Made by a program: the position numbers and the translations under genes. The notes beneath the pieces are model-generated. The model saw nothing but the letters and a program-made list of their open reading frames with translations, did no database searches and had not been told where the DNA came from. A stretch of DNA of 64,000 bases from Marsupella aquatica (Eukaryota; Plantae; Marchantiophyta), in assembly GCA_973895155.1 (NCBI GenBank), contig OZ316898.1, positions 5,567,079-5,631,078 on the forward strand. The letters are read 5' to 3'. This document shows positions 23,753 through 37,406 of the stretch, piece after piece (within the stretch, counting starts at the first letter, position 1; each line of letters starts with the position of its first letter).

Positions 23753-26612
23753 AAATGAACAATTGTCTCCACCTTTGTATACTCTATTGAATGGCGACAT
23801 CCTGTTCGCCTTTGTATGTGGGTTGGCTACATCTTTTTCTGCACATTCAGAAATAATGCTCTGTTTGTTTGGGACTGCTCTACACTCAAACACAGGTTCG
23901 AGCTTTTCAAATCTCAAAAGGATTTCTTCACTTCTTTTCATAAGAACTGAAGGTTCTATCACATATCCCATCCTAGCTCAGAACTCTTCTCATCAGGTCG
24001 ACCGCTTCTTAAACAAAGGATAACTTTGGTGGCTTTCAGGTCTTTCGTACCTGAAGATTGTTCACAGGACGGTGTCGACCAGCATAATCTATCGACGTCT
24101 TTGCTTCCAACCAGGATTTATTGCACTGGCAATAGCTAGCATCAGCACGAGCAAATTGAGTACGACAGCACGAGCAAATTGAGTACGACAGCACAATCAT
24201 TTATGTAGACCACTACACCTGTGTGTGTAGTTTGTGGTCGTTCTGGATGGTGAATCGTTGTTTGGATTCAAGCCTCGAAGTCCAGTGCTCGTCTTCCATG
24301 TACGGTATCGTGGAGCTGGCCTACCCTTGATAAAGAATCACCGAAATTTGTCCTTGATCTGCGAACATTTGCTATTTGAAGGTGATGAAAATAATAATCT
24401 GTCGTTTATGATTTCACCTCAGTCCTCGATCGATCGAAGCCCGTCCATTGCTGTAAATCTCTTTTCGAGCATCATAGTTTCCGCAATGGTTCTTCGAACG
24501 CTACAAAATAATACACAGATCATGACTCGTGGCACTAACCTTCGATTAGAGGGCTTTGTGTGAACTTTTATAATCTCGATGACGACGTTGATGCTCTAGT
24601 ATGAATATGAACCTCATAGGCATTAGCGCCACGAGTAATTTGTGATATGTTAGTACCGGCCTAATGTTGGAAGGCTTCAATTCTACTCTACAGCTAGATG
24701 ACGCTAAGAGCGGACTTTTCAAAGCTCTACCGTTGGAAGCCTTCAATTTCCCTCCACATAAGCTCATACATGTCTTTAGTCCATGATAGCCCACGGCTGA
24801 ATGTCTTTGTGATCAGGTAGCCCAAAACAGATGGACTGCTGGGATGAGATCTCCAATTCTACGACCATGTCATGTCATTTGTGGCCATGTGGTGGCTCTC
24901 CATTAAGCGAGGGAGTGCGAGATTTAGATACTCTGCCACTAGTTTAAAAGTTTTGAGATTATTCATGTAATCGATCCTTAATTTCACAATACTCTGCGCC
25001 TTTTGAGGCAGGAACCTGCTCTGAAGCACAAGCCACGGTTGACCATTTGAACTTTCAAACCGTGGTTGACCATTCGGAGAAGATAAGTGTTCGCCACCTA
25101 ACAACATCAGACAGGAGAAAACTCAAGCCATCGACATCTTTCTATTAGTGTAGAAGGAGCAGATTATACTCCAATGAAAAATATTTTAATATGTATGTAA
25201 GGCCAAGCTCAATCACGTTGTGGCCTGCAGCTAACTATTGTGGGTGATTCACGACGAAGATGCTCTTCTGCTGACAAGTGTCGGTGCATGGAATTGTTTT
25301 GTTTGCTTCATCTTTGCTTCTCCAGTGCAGGACTGGAGGCAAACTCGACTGCAAAATCCTGCAATACAGAAACGCTGGCCCACCCACATGACTTGGTTAT
25401 TATTTAACAGGACACTTTGCGACCATAGGTGTGTCCATGACGTTCAAGTAGCTCAAATGAGACGATTTTGCAGAGGAAGTAATTTTGTGACGTAGCTCAA
25501 AAAATCACATGGTTACCAACGTTGTTCAAATTCAGGCCAGGCATAAAGCAAAGCACCATTCAAGCAAGCCAGCAAGCAAGCCAGTTTATGGATAACTGTA
25601 CACCCCCAAGCTTGAATGTAACGAAATTGCCTACCCAGATATACACCCGGACACACCTTTTTCCGGCAGCTAGAAAGCAGATATCGTGCCTCAACAACCA
25701 ATATTCTTTTGCTTTAGCTTCTTTAATCAACGGTTAAGAGAAACCTGGATTATCCTCCAGCTACGGCTAGATTATCTGACTAGTGCGACGTGCACTGCTC
25801 CTCTGCGTTGTAAATCAATAAAGTTGGAATGGCTTTCGTGCCTTGAAAAGAGAAGATCTAGACAGCCACTATGAGCCTACTACCAGTGAGCAATCAGGGA
25901 TGCCATGTGACCACCTTAATAGAGTGTCACAAGTGATTTTCCCAGTAATCAAAATAGTCATCAACTAAGGTCAAATAATCCGCATGCTCTGAAGGTCATC
26001 CTTTATAATCTGTTATACTCTGTTTAAATGAGGCTGGTTTCGGTTTCAAAGCAAAAATAACAATACTAATGATAATAATAATCCCACTGAGATGGTATGT
26101 TTTTTTCATACGAGGAAAATTGGCAAGGGATCCATCGAAAACAATTTTAAAGCAAAGGACTTAAAGTTAATTAAAGCCCTCTGCCATAGGCAATCTCCCG
26201 GAAAATTGGAAAAGTGTAAATCCCTCGGGCTGAGAGCCCTCGTGCTTTCATATGGCACAATGCCCTCATGGGAAGGCAATCTCATCCGAGCTTCAATACG
26301 ATCGAGTTCTGAACAGTGTCCCCTTCTCTCACGCAAAAAAAACCCCAAAACCCTTTGGCATGCTCTGGCGAAGGAAATCCACGTCCCACGAACATTAGCT
26401 CCAAACACTCCATGCGCCACGAAGTCAATGCCCTCTCCTGTACTGTAAGTCACTTCTCAACTCTAAGACTGTAGCGGCCGTCTCGTGGCTGCAGACATGA
26501 GCCAACAACTGGATAGACAGGTAGGCCAGTCCAATTTTAGTGAGAGATTCCCCAGGCGTCCTGAGGGCCTGAGGGGAATTGTTGCCGTTTGGTGCCACGA
26601 GCTACCGGACAC

Positions 26613-26650
26613 TGGAGTGGAGTGGGGTGGAGTGGAGTGGAGTGGAGTGG
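26613..26650 (+). repeat. (TGGAG)n pentanucleotide microsatellite
   Basis: Direct reading. Confidence 0.85.
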
Positions 26651-27771
26651 ATGGGCCACGCAGAATGTATGGCAGACTAGCTCCGTTTTCTCGAAAGATG
26701 CCGTGGGCAATACCTTGGCTGAGTGATTTGTTGTTGTGCTCTGGTGTCACGAGCTAGCTACCAATGTCGACGGCAAGTTGTACTAACTTCCAGTTCCATG
26801 GATGGCTGGGACCATTCGGATATGGACGGTGACATGAACTTCAAAACAGACTGTAGTTCCTCAAGACGGGGACCTCAAAACACGTCAGAAGCGACCTTGT
26901 GCCTTCTTTGGATCGAGATGGGCGGCCTCCCATATCTACTGTAGATCTAGGTACACCGGAAGAAAGCTAGACTCACAGATTGCCGTTTATTGGAAGAAGA
27001 TTTGCTTTTGTTGAAGTGCCGCATAGGGACTATCAACCCGGAGCAAAAACATATTTCCAACTGCCAAAAAAACCAGGAGACGCCCAACCCAACCGGGAGT
27101 CATGATCCCAGGCAAAGACCCCATTAAGGGAGGACAACCAAGTGGTCAAAATAATCAGCGCTGATTTTCTCTAATATTTTTGTGAAATTTAAGCATTAAT
27201 TTTTGATGGAAAAAGCTAAAGTGTCAGTGTATACAATGTTCTTAAAGCATAAAAAATGAAATCAAAATCTAGTGCTGTACGAACTTTCATTCCAGCTAGT
27301 GTATGCTCTCTGCTAAAACTTAATATTTTATAACTTGTTTCCATTTCCATTTTCTTTCTTCAAACGCTCTATACATTGTTACATTGGTGTTCGATAAACT
27401 CTCCAAATTTCACAAACTCTCCTTATAAATTGAATATTGCCTACCAGTCTAATCTTGCCACAATTCTGATATTATTCTAATTTTCCTCAATTCTTTTCAG
27501 TTGGGTGTAGAGCTGACAAGGGCTAAACCTCTGACTTGGGATTGTTCGTCTTCATAGTCTTTGTAGTATTAAGGCTAATGAGGTCTATGGCCAGGTGAAA
27601 AAAGGGCTCATTGAAGACAAAAAAAGTTGGGAGAAGAAGTGGCCAAGACTTGGATGCTCTCAATGCCATGGCTTTTGATTAGGGCACATGGGCTGGATTG
27701 TGGGAACTTCATCAAACTTCAAAATGAAGTTCTCCAAGTGCCACCAGTTCCTACTAGCCTGCCTCCCATGA

Positions 27772-28050
27772 CAGCGTATTTTTTAAGCGCTAATTTTAGC
27801 CAAATTCCACCTCCCAAAAACTCTTTCGCCACTTTTGGCTAATATTCCCTACATTTTTCTGACACCATTAGCCACTCTTCCACCAAATTATGGACCCCAT
27901 TAGCCAAAATCTAACTGTCCTCCTTAAATTTACGGATATCTGACTGTCACAATTTAATTCAATAAAATCTGACAGAGAATATTTCTAAAATCTCCTCCCT
28001 AAGAGAAGCAAACATTCGGCTAAAAATTAAAAACCTTAAAAAATGCACTG
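27772..28050. mobile_element. hAT-type MITE (279 bp) with 8-bp TSD
   Basis: TIRs cagcgtattttttaag (27772-) and cttaaaaaatgcactg (-28050). Identical 8-bp TSD TCCCATGA at 27764-27771 and 28051-28058. Confidence 0.88.
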
Positions 28051-28316
28051 TCCCATGAGCTCCTTTTGACATTCAGGAGTTGTCGAGCTGAGGTTGCACT
28101 GCCGTACTGACTGATAGACAAATCTCGAGGACCCACTCTTTGGTACCGTGCTGGTCACTGTTCACTGGCCGTGGCCGGTCTTTATGGAGTCTTGCCCCTC
28201 CCACTGCAGTCGTGAAATTTCCAGTTTAGCTTTCTTCTCTAGTTCTGCTTCTCTTCTAGTGTAGGCTTCCCTGGTCTGTTTTGCGCTTCTTGACCTCTGG
28301 TCCTTTGGGTATGGAC

Positions 28317-28730
28317 CAGGGTATTTTTTAAGGTTTTTCGTATTTAGCCAGTGTGGCAAATGTCAGCAGCTTCTAAGGGTTTCGAAGGAGATGCTAGGAA
28401 AATTCTTTATCAGTTTTTTCCTGATTATAGCTTGACCCTTAGAGATGCTAGGAAAATTCTTTATCAGATCATATCCTGACCATCAGATATCCCTAGATTT
28501 TAGGAAGACAGATTCTGGCAAATGGGGTGAGAAAGTGGCTAATGTCATACAAAGAATCTAGCGAACTTTAGCCAAGAGTGGCAAACACTTTTTGGGGGGA
28601 GGTGCTGACCCCATTTGTGGCCCACCCCTTTTGTGTGCCAGCTTTTCGAATGAAATTCAAATTGTTTTTTGGAGAAAAAAAAAAGTGGCCAAGACTTTTT
28701 CACTGGTGGGTGGAATTTGGCAAGTTTTGG
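28317..28730 (-). mobile_element. Second, inverted and apparently truncated copy of the hAT MITE
   Basis: Starts cagggtattttttaagg and aligns by eye with the reverse complement of 27772-28050 ('tcagatatcc', 'agtggctaatg', 'ttagccaa.agtggc', 'ggtggaatttggc'). No second TIR was found. Confidence 0.7.
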
Positions 28731-31700
28731 CAAACAAACTCACGGTTGTCCAATCTCATAGGTAGATGTTGATTCACGTCAAACTGGAGGATTTTCAAGT
28801 TCAGCCGGTCCCCCACGTCCACCATGAGTTAATGTCTCCTGCGGGTTTTGAGGCTGTACTACCGGTAGACTGATTGATTTTCTTTTGCAGACCCACTCTT
28901 CAGGACCTCGCCAGTCCCTGCCCACTGGCGGTCTTTGGGAATGTGTTGCTCCTGTAGTCGTTTCCAAATTTCTTGTTTGGTTGCCTTTTTGGAGGCTCAG
29001 CTTCTTACCTGGTTCCACCTTCTCTAACCCCAGCACATAGACCTTAGATAGCCCGGGTGGATGTCCTTTCAGGCCCCTCTTTCTGTATACTGACTTTTTG
29101 AATGCAATTCATTGGGTTTTTTTCGAGGCAAAAAATAAATAAAAATTGGAGGATTTTCTATTAGCCTTGACTGTCAGCTCAAATGTTGACCCCCTTAATT
29201 CCAATGCTTTCTGAAGAGGGAGTGAATCGGCTGAGTATGACAACAACAATGGGTTCGAAGGCATGAATAGGTGGACAGCAACGAAAGTATGAAACACGAG
29301 CCCAGTATGTGCAAGGCAGAGAGTGCGGATTGTCAACGTGCGGATTTGGTGACCGACACTCGTGCATCGTCCTGGTGTGAGCGAGGAGATAGGCTTTTCA
29401 TTGCTAGACTAGACACGTCTTTAGAACAAGGATATTGTGCTCCGATCCGGACTCTCTACACACATTTATGTTAGAAGCATCATTGGTGCCACTGCTTCTT
29501 TGGATTGAGGGAAATCGCATCTTGCAACGTCGTTGGGGGACCACCGCGCGAGAACCTGCCCAGCTTCCTGCAGAATGATTTCTTCCTGTCACAGATGTGA
29601 AATCGATCGGAGGAGGTGTGGCGAGATTTCGGTTCGATGCCAAATCAGAAGCCCGATTCACCGCCGCTGGCCCTATAGTCCCACGCCATCTATTGCGTGC
29701 AGTGGCGAAAGTATGCACTTCCTCTCAATAAAGAACTCGAAAACAATTACACGGAAGCTTCATGATTTATATCGAGCCATAGAAATGCAGGCCGTTAGCC
29801 ACAGGACTTCCAATGTGCCACAACAGTGTTGCCCATGCGAGCGCCTTGCCTTGAAACGTGGATCCATGCTTCCCGACATCTCTCTCTGCGGATGAATCAC
29901 CAACCCAGCTAAAGTTCATTCACCATTTTCTCTCCATCCAAAATAATCATCATGCCATGACTGGATTGACCCTGAAGCTAATTCGGTAGCATGCTTGGCC
30001 ATGCACTTGTGGGTGTGCCGATCTCACCAAACCTATTGCAAGTTCATCCGATGTTCACGAAGGGATCACCCGGCCTTCATGACTTCAAACACATCAGCAT
30101 TCTCTCACTATTCTCTTGACTGAAGCTATCTGCAGAGTGTCGTGCCATTATTGTGGGGGGTGGTGGTAACACCACATCAAAAAGCAGCACCTGGATATAT
30201 GGAAGGACAAAACTATAGTGATGTAAAGGAACGATACGGTTTGTCCTCTATACGCAGAAGGAATATAAAAGAACAATTATAAGGTTTATCGTGGTATGGG
30301 AAATTTGTTCACCCTGTGGGCAGTTGCCACTTAGCACAGGTCACCATATGCTGTTGTCTTTTGGTGTGCAATTATTGCCAGGCTTATGGTGGACCTTCTA
30401 CTGTAGGTGGCGCAGTAGTGTAGACACCCCCTTTGTCCAAATTGAGCTGACCCTACCTAATGGGTCTTAAGTCATGGGGCAGACCAGGAGTGCCCACTAT
30501 AGAGACCAGGAGCACCAAAATAGGGGAATCCAAAGTGACATAAAGTGATGTCGCTCATTATAAATATTGATACCAAGTTATCACTATAGAAAGTTACAAA
30601 ATACCAATGTTTGTAAAAAACATGTCAACATTGAATGACATTTTCCAGATAGAAGGTTGTCTCAAGAGCTTGTAATGCGAGGATCCAAAACTTGGAGTCA
30701 AGACGAGGAGGAGATTTAAAAAAAAAGGAGGGGGAATCCAAATCTTTCTATTTTCAGAGATGGACTCAACAATATTTTATCAGGTTGTGCATTTGTGGGA
30801 TGTGTTTGTAGTGTTAAACAATACACATGACCAATCAGATTTGGTTCGGTTGCTCTCGTGGTTGCCAAAACAGCAAAATAGCAACCCTTAGAATGTTTTT
30901 TTCTGAAGGATTGCAATTTCCACTAAATTGTTTTCTATGAGTTACTTTGTTTATTGTGGGGTTATAAATTGCCAGGCCATTGTGAAGCCTGAATGGACCA
31001 CCATGTTGGACACACTGCTCCCATGGACCACACCTCTGTGGTCCATAGGAGTTTTGAGCTTATAACTTGATGATTATGAGTCTTAAAATATTTTTTAGTT
31101 TTCCACCTGCAAGGCAACTACTCTAGAGAACAAGGAGACACAAAAAAACATAAGCCCTAATATTTCATATTAACACAATGAAAATTAATGTAATAAAATT
31201 TACCCCACTGCATTGCATGATGAGGAACTCAACCACAATGGCCAAAAATTCATGGCCACTTTGATGGAAGTGTAGCTTACCTACTACTCCAGCACATCCT
31301 TAAAACTGTATGAACCATACTTGAATTTATAAACATCAAGTTATTATAATTAAACACCCAAAACTAAAATAACAAATTTGAGTTTAATTATAAGAACATT
31401 TTTTGGGGAAATGTGATCCATGGGGGTTTTAACTACCCATATAGATTTATTTTTGGGGAACTGTCAATTTTGTGATCTGCACATTTCTAGTCTGAACAAT
31501 ATTTGTAGTGCGATGGTGCGATTGTCTCAGGTCCAACGAGAGTATAAATGATAGAATTGCTTATTTAAAGCACTTTTTGCAGTTGGGAATGATTGGGTGC
31601 ATTAAATTTATCATGTTCAATTTTTCCCTGCAATGCTCCTGGTTTACAAGGAAAACAAAGGTGATCTGAGGAAAAAATAAAGTTTTAATCTTTGTCCTAC

Positions 31701-32109
31701 AGTCCCAATGAGTTTCTTTCTTCATGCTTCAGACTGAAGATTCTGAAACAAATGCTGCTGTAATCTTAGGGGTGCCCTGCTTGGGATGAAGGTCTGGTTC
31801 GTCATACGTCTCTTTGATAAATGCAACTCTCATGCTACAGTGGAGATTTGTCTTGAGTGCCAACTCTCAACAAATGTCCAGATAGTCTAGACCAAGTTTC
31901 TCCCAATTCAAACTGAGATTCAAACCCATTGACCGGGCCTAGTGCTCAAATAATTGAATGATATGCCTAACTTTTTTAGTTAATTACATATCTAGCATCA
32001 GTAGAATTGTAGATCCAATCTTTCGGCTTCAACATGATTGATTTGTTGTTGTAAAATATACACACATTGTATAGTAAGATATCAAAATTAATATGAGCAG
32101 CCCAGATTC

Positions 32110-32408
32110 TGGGGGGGGGGGGGGGGGTTTACTTTGATGGAAGTGGCACATCACGTGCGACAAAGTATAGGCCCATTTAAATGGGTGAGGCGGAAGACTT
32201 CCAAAGTGGTTGGTGGAAGAACACATAGGCATATTTAATTAAAAAAAAGTCTTTGAAATTTTTTAAGGTTTTTTAGTAAAAAATGACAAATTTAAAGAAA
32301 TAAAGGGTTTTGCAAAAAAGTATTTTTTCATTTATAAATTAGGGGGGTCAAACCCTAAAACGTCACACATGATGTATGGCCCTCCATATAGTGACACCCC
32401 CCCCCCCA
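32110..32408. mobile_element. Mutator-like MITE with poly-G/poly-C termini
   Basis: G-run (32111-32127) and C-run (32397-32407) termini, degenerate TIRs ('gggg..act..atgga...catca.gtg.gac'), and direct repeat agcccagatt at 32099-32108 and 32409-32418, the size of a MULE TSD. Confidence 0.6.
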
Positions 32409-32605
32409 AGCCCAGATTTACACCCAAACACCATAAGTAACCTGCAAAGGTGTGTCACAACTGGTAGGATATACCTAATAATGGAGTGAGTCTGTTTAAT
32501 ATTTACATCCTGCTGGGAAAAAAGTTGATTGACAACAGATTACAAACTTGAGCCAAGGCATGTCAAATACAAGACTGGCAATCACCAAAGCTCAATTCAT
32601 GAGGT

Positions 32606-35600
32606 CTAATGCATAGTGAAACCGGGAGTGAAACGTTTTTCCTTCATTTTTTCAATTGGTGTTGTAGTCCACTTGAGAGTCAAAAACATTACACCTGAAG
32701 GAACACCATTCAGTTTAAACTCAGCTTTATACTCACCACTGTGAATCGCTTCCGTCAGGGTAGTGGCACATGATCCTAAAAAATTCTGCAAATCCATGAC
32801 AAGATTCCTGGAGTCAAGTTTGGGAAGGAGTTGGAGAAAGAATTGATTTACAGGATCACAAAGAAAATGTTTGATATGTCAGAATCTTCACATCAATGAG
32901 ACTCACAAATCTTTAACCACCACTTAGGAGTTCTACATTTAACACAATCATCTATCTAATCCTCCCTCAGGCAGAGTATGCAGGGTAGCAAGCATATACC
33001 CTTCCAAAAGTTTCATGATCCCAAACTTTAACTACAAGCACTTCATGAAAACCATCTTCCACAAGGAACTCAAAAGTTTGGTCCCACTCAGGATTTATAG
33101 ACTTGTATACAACCTGCAAGGATCCAAGGAACCCCCAACTATGTCATTATCTAGTATATTTTACCAAATGGGTAAAATAAAGTCTTGCAGTATTTTATGG
33201 TTACTTTGCTTGTTCAAACTGATCCTTAGTTAGATCAAGCTGAGACTCAGATATGATACTGAAACCAAAATAGTTCAGGGAATGAAGAAAATTGAGTGAG
33301 CTCAAATCGATCCACATGCACTTATGGTTGCAGCACAGAATCACCTTTGACTGCTTCCTGTCGTGACCCTTTATAGTCTTCAGCACCACATAAGGGTCAC
33401 TTAATGAGTAGACATCCTGGAATACCAAATTTTCTGCTCGCTCTATAGTCACTGAGAGAACTCCTTGTATGACTTCCCACAACTGGCCTTGATAAGAAAA
33501 TTTAGGGTGTAGGGCATGTGCTTGATCACTATCTTGGACCTTGATATCTTCCTTAAACAGCAAAGATCTCCTACGGGACCCATGTTGGGACCCAGAGGTG
33601 CTAGCCCTGGTGTCATGGGAGCCCTCTTGAATCCATTTCAGCTCCAACTGTTTGTCATAAGGTCTATAAAGTAGTTCTAGATTTACCTGGTGAAATAGGC
33701 TTACTGTCAAAAATGCACATACAGTGAACCAATCTCTATAACTCTGAACCAGACTACACCTTTGGTTATTGCTTGTATGTGAGCTGCTCTAGTAAGGAAT
33801 GTACCACTACATATTCATAAGTGGGCCATACTCTATCAGTGCATATATATATATGCTCGTGGGGCAGCACTCAACCCACCAGATAGGAACAAGAGTAGGG
33901 TCTTTTTGTAGTCATTTGTTTGGAAGAGCATTAGAGTATTTTTAATCCAATTTTGAGACTGTAGAGAAAGATGAGTTATGAAATTAAACCATAATTTACA
34001 GTATTCCAACTTAATTGGGTAACATTTTCCAAAAAGTAGTTTTTGTTTTGTTTTTAGGGTTATCCCTTTAAACATTGCATGTGATATGGATTTTTAGGGT
34101 TATCTTTAGGGCTCCATATAGTGACCCCTGAGTGCATATGCACCAAAATAATACACTAGCCTCTGGTGTATACACACATGGATTGAACACTGACTCCCTG
34201 AGGACCCATAAAAGATATCATCCAAGCAAAAACAGAAATTAAAGCAGTTCTGGAATCGGTCCCCAAACCAGCATATAGTATCCCAAAGATAGAGACATTG
34301 TTTGAGTTTGAGACCCGTTATGCCTTAGAAATGACTTCATTACCAGCCACTGAACCATAAATCTGTCAGTCTTCCGAAGTACCTTTGTTTGTATTCACAC
34401 TTCCGATCATAGACTCGTTCAACCTCTACACACTCTATTGTTTGATCCTGTGTTCAATCCATTTTGGAAAGAGAACAAGGTAGGCAAGCGCACCTCTCCC
34501 CGATATTTGAGGTCCTCCTTGTCAAGGAATTTTATGAGTCTGATCCATTTCTCTGTAAGAACACCCGGCTCCAAATCCTTGAGAAACACTTGGCAACACC
34601 CTAGGAGTTCATGTTCTTGATCAGCATCCTCATCAACAATTTTGACTACTACCTTCTGCATTGTTGGATCTTCCACTTCAAGCTCATATATCTCATTCCA
34701 AATTGGACTCAAATCATTGCTCTGATGAAAGAGACCAATAGCCAGTGGTCAGAAGCTCTTTCATTTTCAAGGCAAACTCTTGGGAAACTCCACACTGCTG
34801 GAAAAGTTTTCCCTGTACAGCAGAAAAAAGCTTGGCGGCTGGGAACCCCTTATATGATTTATAAAAGGGTAAGTACAAAACAAATTTGGATCCAGCAGCC
34901 CCCAGCCCGGCCCCCAGCAACGATAACCATTCTGAGACAGAGGGACCCAATATAAGGAATAAAAAACATTTGACCATCTGTGTCCAAAACCAAAGGTGGC
35001 AACAGTAGTCATTTTGGCAAGCATGCACCCATCAAGTGCTTCAAAGAGACTAGCAAGAATCCTTTGACATTTCTGATAATTATACTGATTCAAACATACA
35101 CATCTTCCAATTTAGATTCTCAACATGTAAATATAATTTTGATACTTGCACATACTTCAGGATATAAAACTTAGAAAAATATATTTCATTCCCAAAGTCC
35201 TATCATTGCAAAGGATGTTGGGCGTACTTGTTATCCTTACTATGGTCTTGCTCCTCTTCATGAGACGGGGTATGGGTCTAATATATATGAATGCATAGGC
35301 GCTCACATGCCCCTTGGTTTTCTTTAATTTCAAGTCTTTTGCTTGTACCAACTTAACATCGAGAATACCAACTGCTTGTTCTCTAAGAGCACCATTCTCA
35401 GCATACATAACAGCTCCCCTCCGAGGGTTGAAATGGCGTTGTAGTCTGATTTGCTTCAACAGTTTATCAAGACGAGCATGATTGACAAGCAAACAGAAAG
35501 AAGCTTCAGATACATGGATATAGACTGAGTTCCATACCATCAATAGACCAAACTATAGCTTCTTAGTATTAAGTTAGCATCACACCAGTTTCTAATACTT

Positions 35601-37374
35601 GCAACATCTTCTTGTAAATACTGTTACTAATTTGGGATACACAATATCATCAGTTATCAGTAGTTGATATCATTTATCAATTGATCTTCTTGTTCTCAAT
35701 TTCTATGAGTCTCAGCTAAATAGCTGAGATGCACCTCTGCACAATGTCATTACAGCTGGGCGGCTGGGACTGGCTCAATCTAGGCTGACCCAGCCAAGAT
35801 ATGAGTATGGACCCACAAAAAAAACCCATAAATTAATTTAAAACAAAAACAAAATCTACTTATTTTGGAGAATTGCCGTGACTGTCCGTATTGTATGGAC
35901 ACCACCCACCTCAACTGGCCTTCTTGAGATTGGGTGTTTGTACATACATACAAACGCCCCATAGTGAAAAGAAATTAAAATGTACTCAAATTTATTTTGT
36001 TTGGACAGTTTTTCGGCCGCAATTCAACGGCCTCTTTGAGATGACATGGCAACTGATATTAGGTTGATTGATGAACTTGACTAATAAGTGATGAGATTAA
36101 CTATCTCCAACAATTTGGGGCAAGGCATTGACTCTGGTGCAATGAGTGTAACAAGTACATGGTCTACAACTAAGCCAAAATATGATGTGGCCTCAAAGTG
36201 ACTTTGGTTTACCAATACAGATGTGTTACCTTGTTTCACTCATAATTATGTTCTGTTACTTAGTTTAAGTATGGATGGAGAGTAAAGACAACCTCTTACT
36301 ACTGGGAAAATTGATAATACTCATTTTACATTATTTAGCATGCCACTCGTGCATTGAATAATACTCAGTGTAGTACTTAGATGATAAGAAATGTGTCATT
36401 TTGCTTGCATCATAGGTGCGCTAATATAACATTCTGAAGGTATATACAAAAATTAATTAATATGTTGTCTACCTGCTGGAGTCGCCATCCACAGAGCTAG
36501 GTATTATAGGAACAGGTATTCGCATTGGCCACATTAGTGTGTCAAGAATAGATGTTTTGATCATTTCCTGTAATGTACCATATTAAAGTTACCACATTGA
36601 GTTAAAGGTGGTCTTGCTGCAAGCAGGCAATGCTAATATGTAGACAATGCAAGAGACAAAGCAGTGAGCAAAGAATAGTCAAACAGGGAAATGTCTAGGA
36701 AAATGCCAAGCATATCCTCATGCCCATCTCCTAGCAAATGCCATATAATTAGGCAAACCTTTGACATAAATGTTGGGAAGAATGCTCATAAAGGTGCAAA
36801 AGGGGAGACAGCTTTACATACTTCTACACTGCTCCCCAATCGAGGAATGGTCGCAATGTCACCTCCAATGAGATTCACGGTGAAATCCAATTTTCTCTGG
36901 CGACAGATGTAGAACACACAGGTTCTCGCATTAGAGCTTTGCACAAGTCTGTAAGGAGGAAAAGAAAGTCTGTCAGTAAGGAGATAACCTAAGCAATAAA
37001 AAATTAGATTTCTGATAAATTGATAGAATCTTGAGTGAGACAATATGCTTGCAAAGCCCAACACAAAGTTAATTTCCCATCTATATGGATATGTATGAAC
37101 TTTACATCCCTGCCACCAGCAACTTTCCCAGCAACTCATAAATTTATTGTATATAACTCTCTTGAACTGCTTTACCTTTCAGTCAATTTCAACTCTGATT
37201 TGAATTTTATTGTGCATGAAATAACCACTAGCACATTAAATGAAACTCAAAGATGTTTTAAACACTAAGAGCTCACTGGCAAAGTGCAACATAAACTCCA
37301 ACTGTTCAAAGACCAAGTGTAACAACCCTATCAGTTACTAGTTAATGTTTCTATCAATTGCTCCAGACCCCAGC

Positions 37375-37406
<32 letters not shown>

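Noticed and set aside
31018-31051. Hairpin ctcccatggaccaca-cctc-tgtggtccataggag as a Helitron 3' end or miRNA
   Set aside because: No CTRR follows on either strand, and it is too short for a pre-miRNA. It is probably part of a degenerate repeat.
31895-31972. tRNA or tRNA-derived SINE on the minus strand
   Set aside because: Only a B-box-like ggtttgaatc and a weak A-box are present; no cloverleaf can be built.
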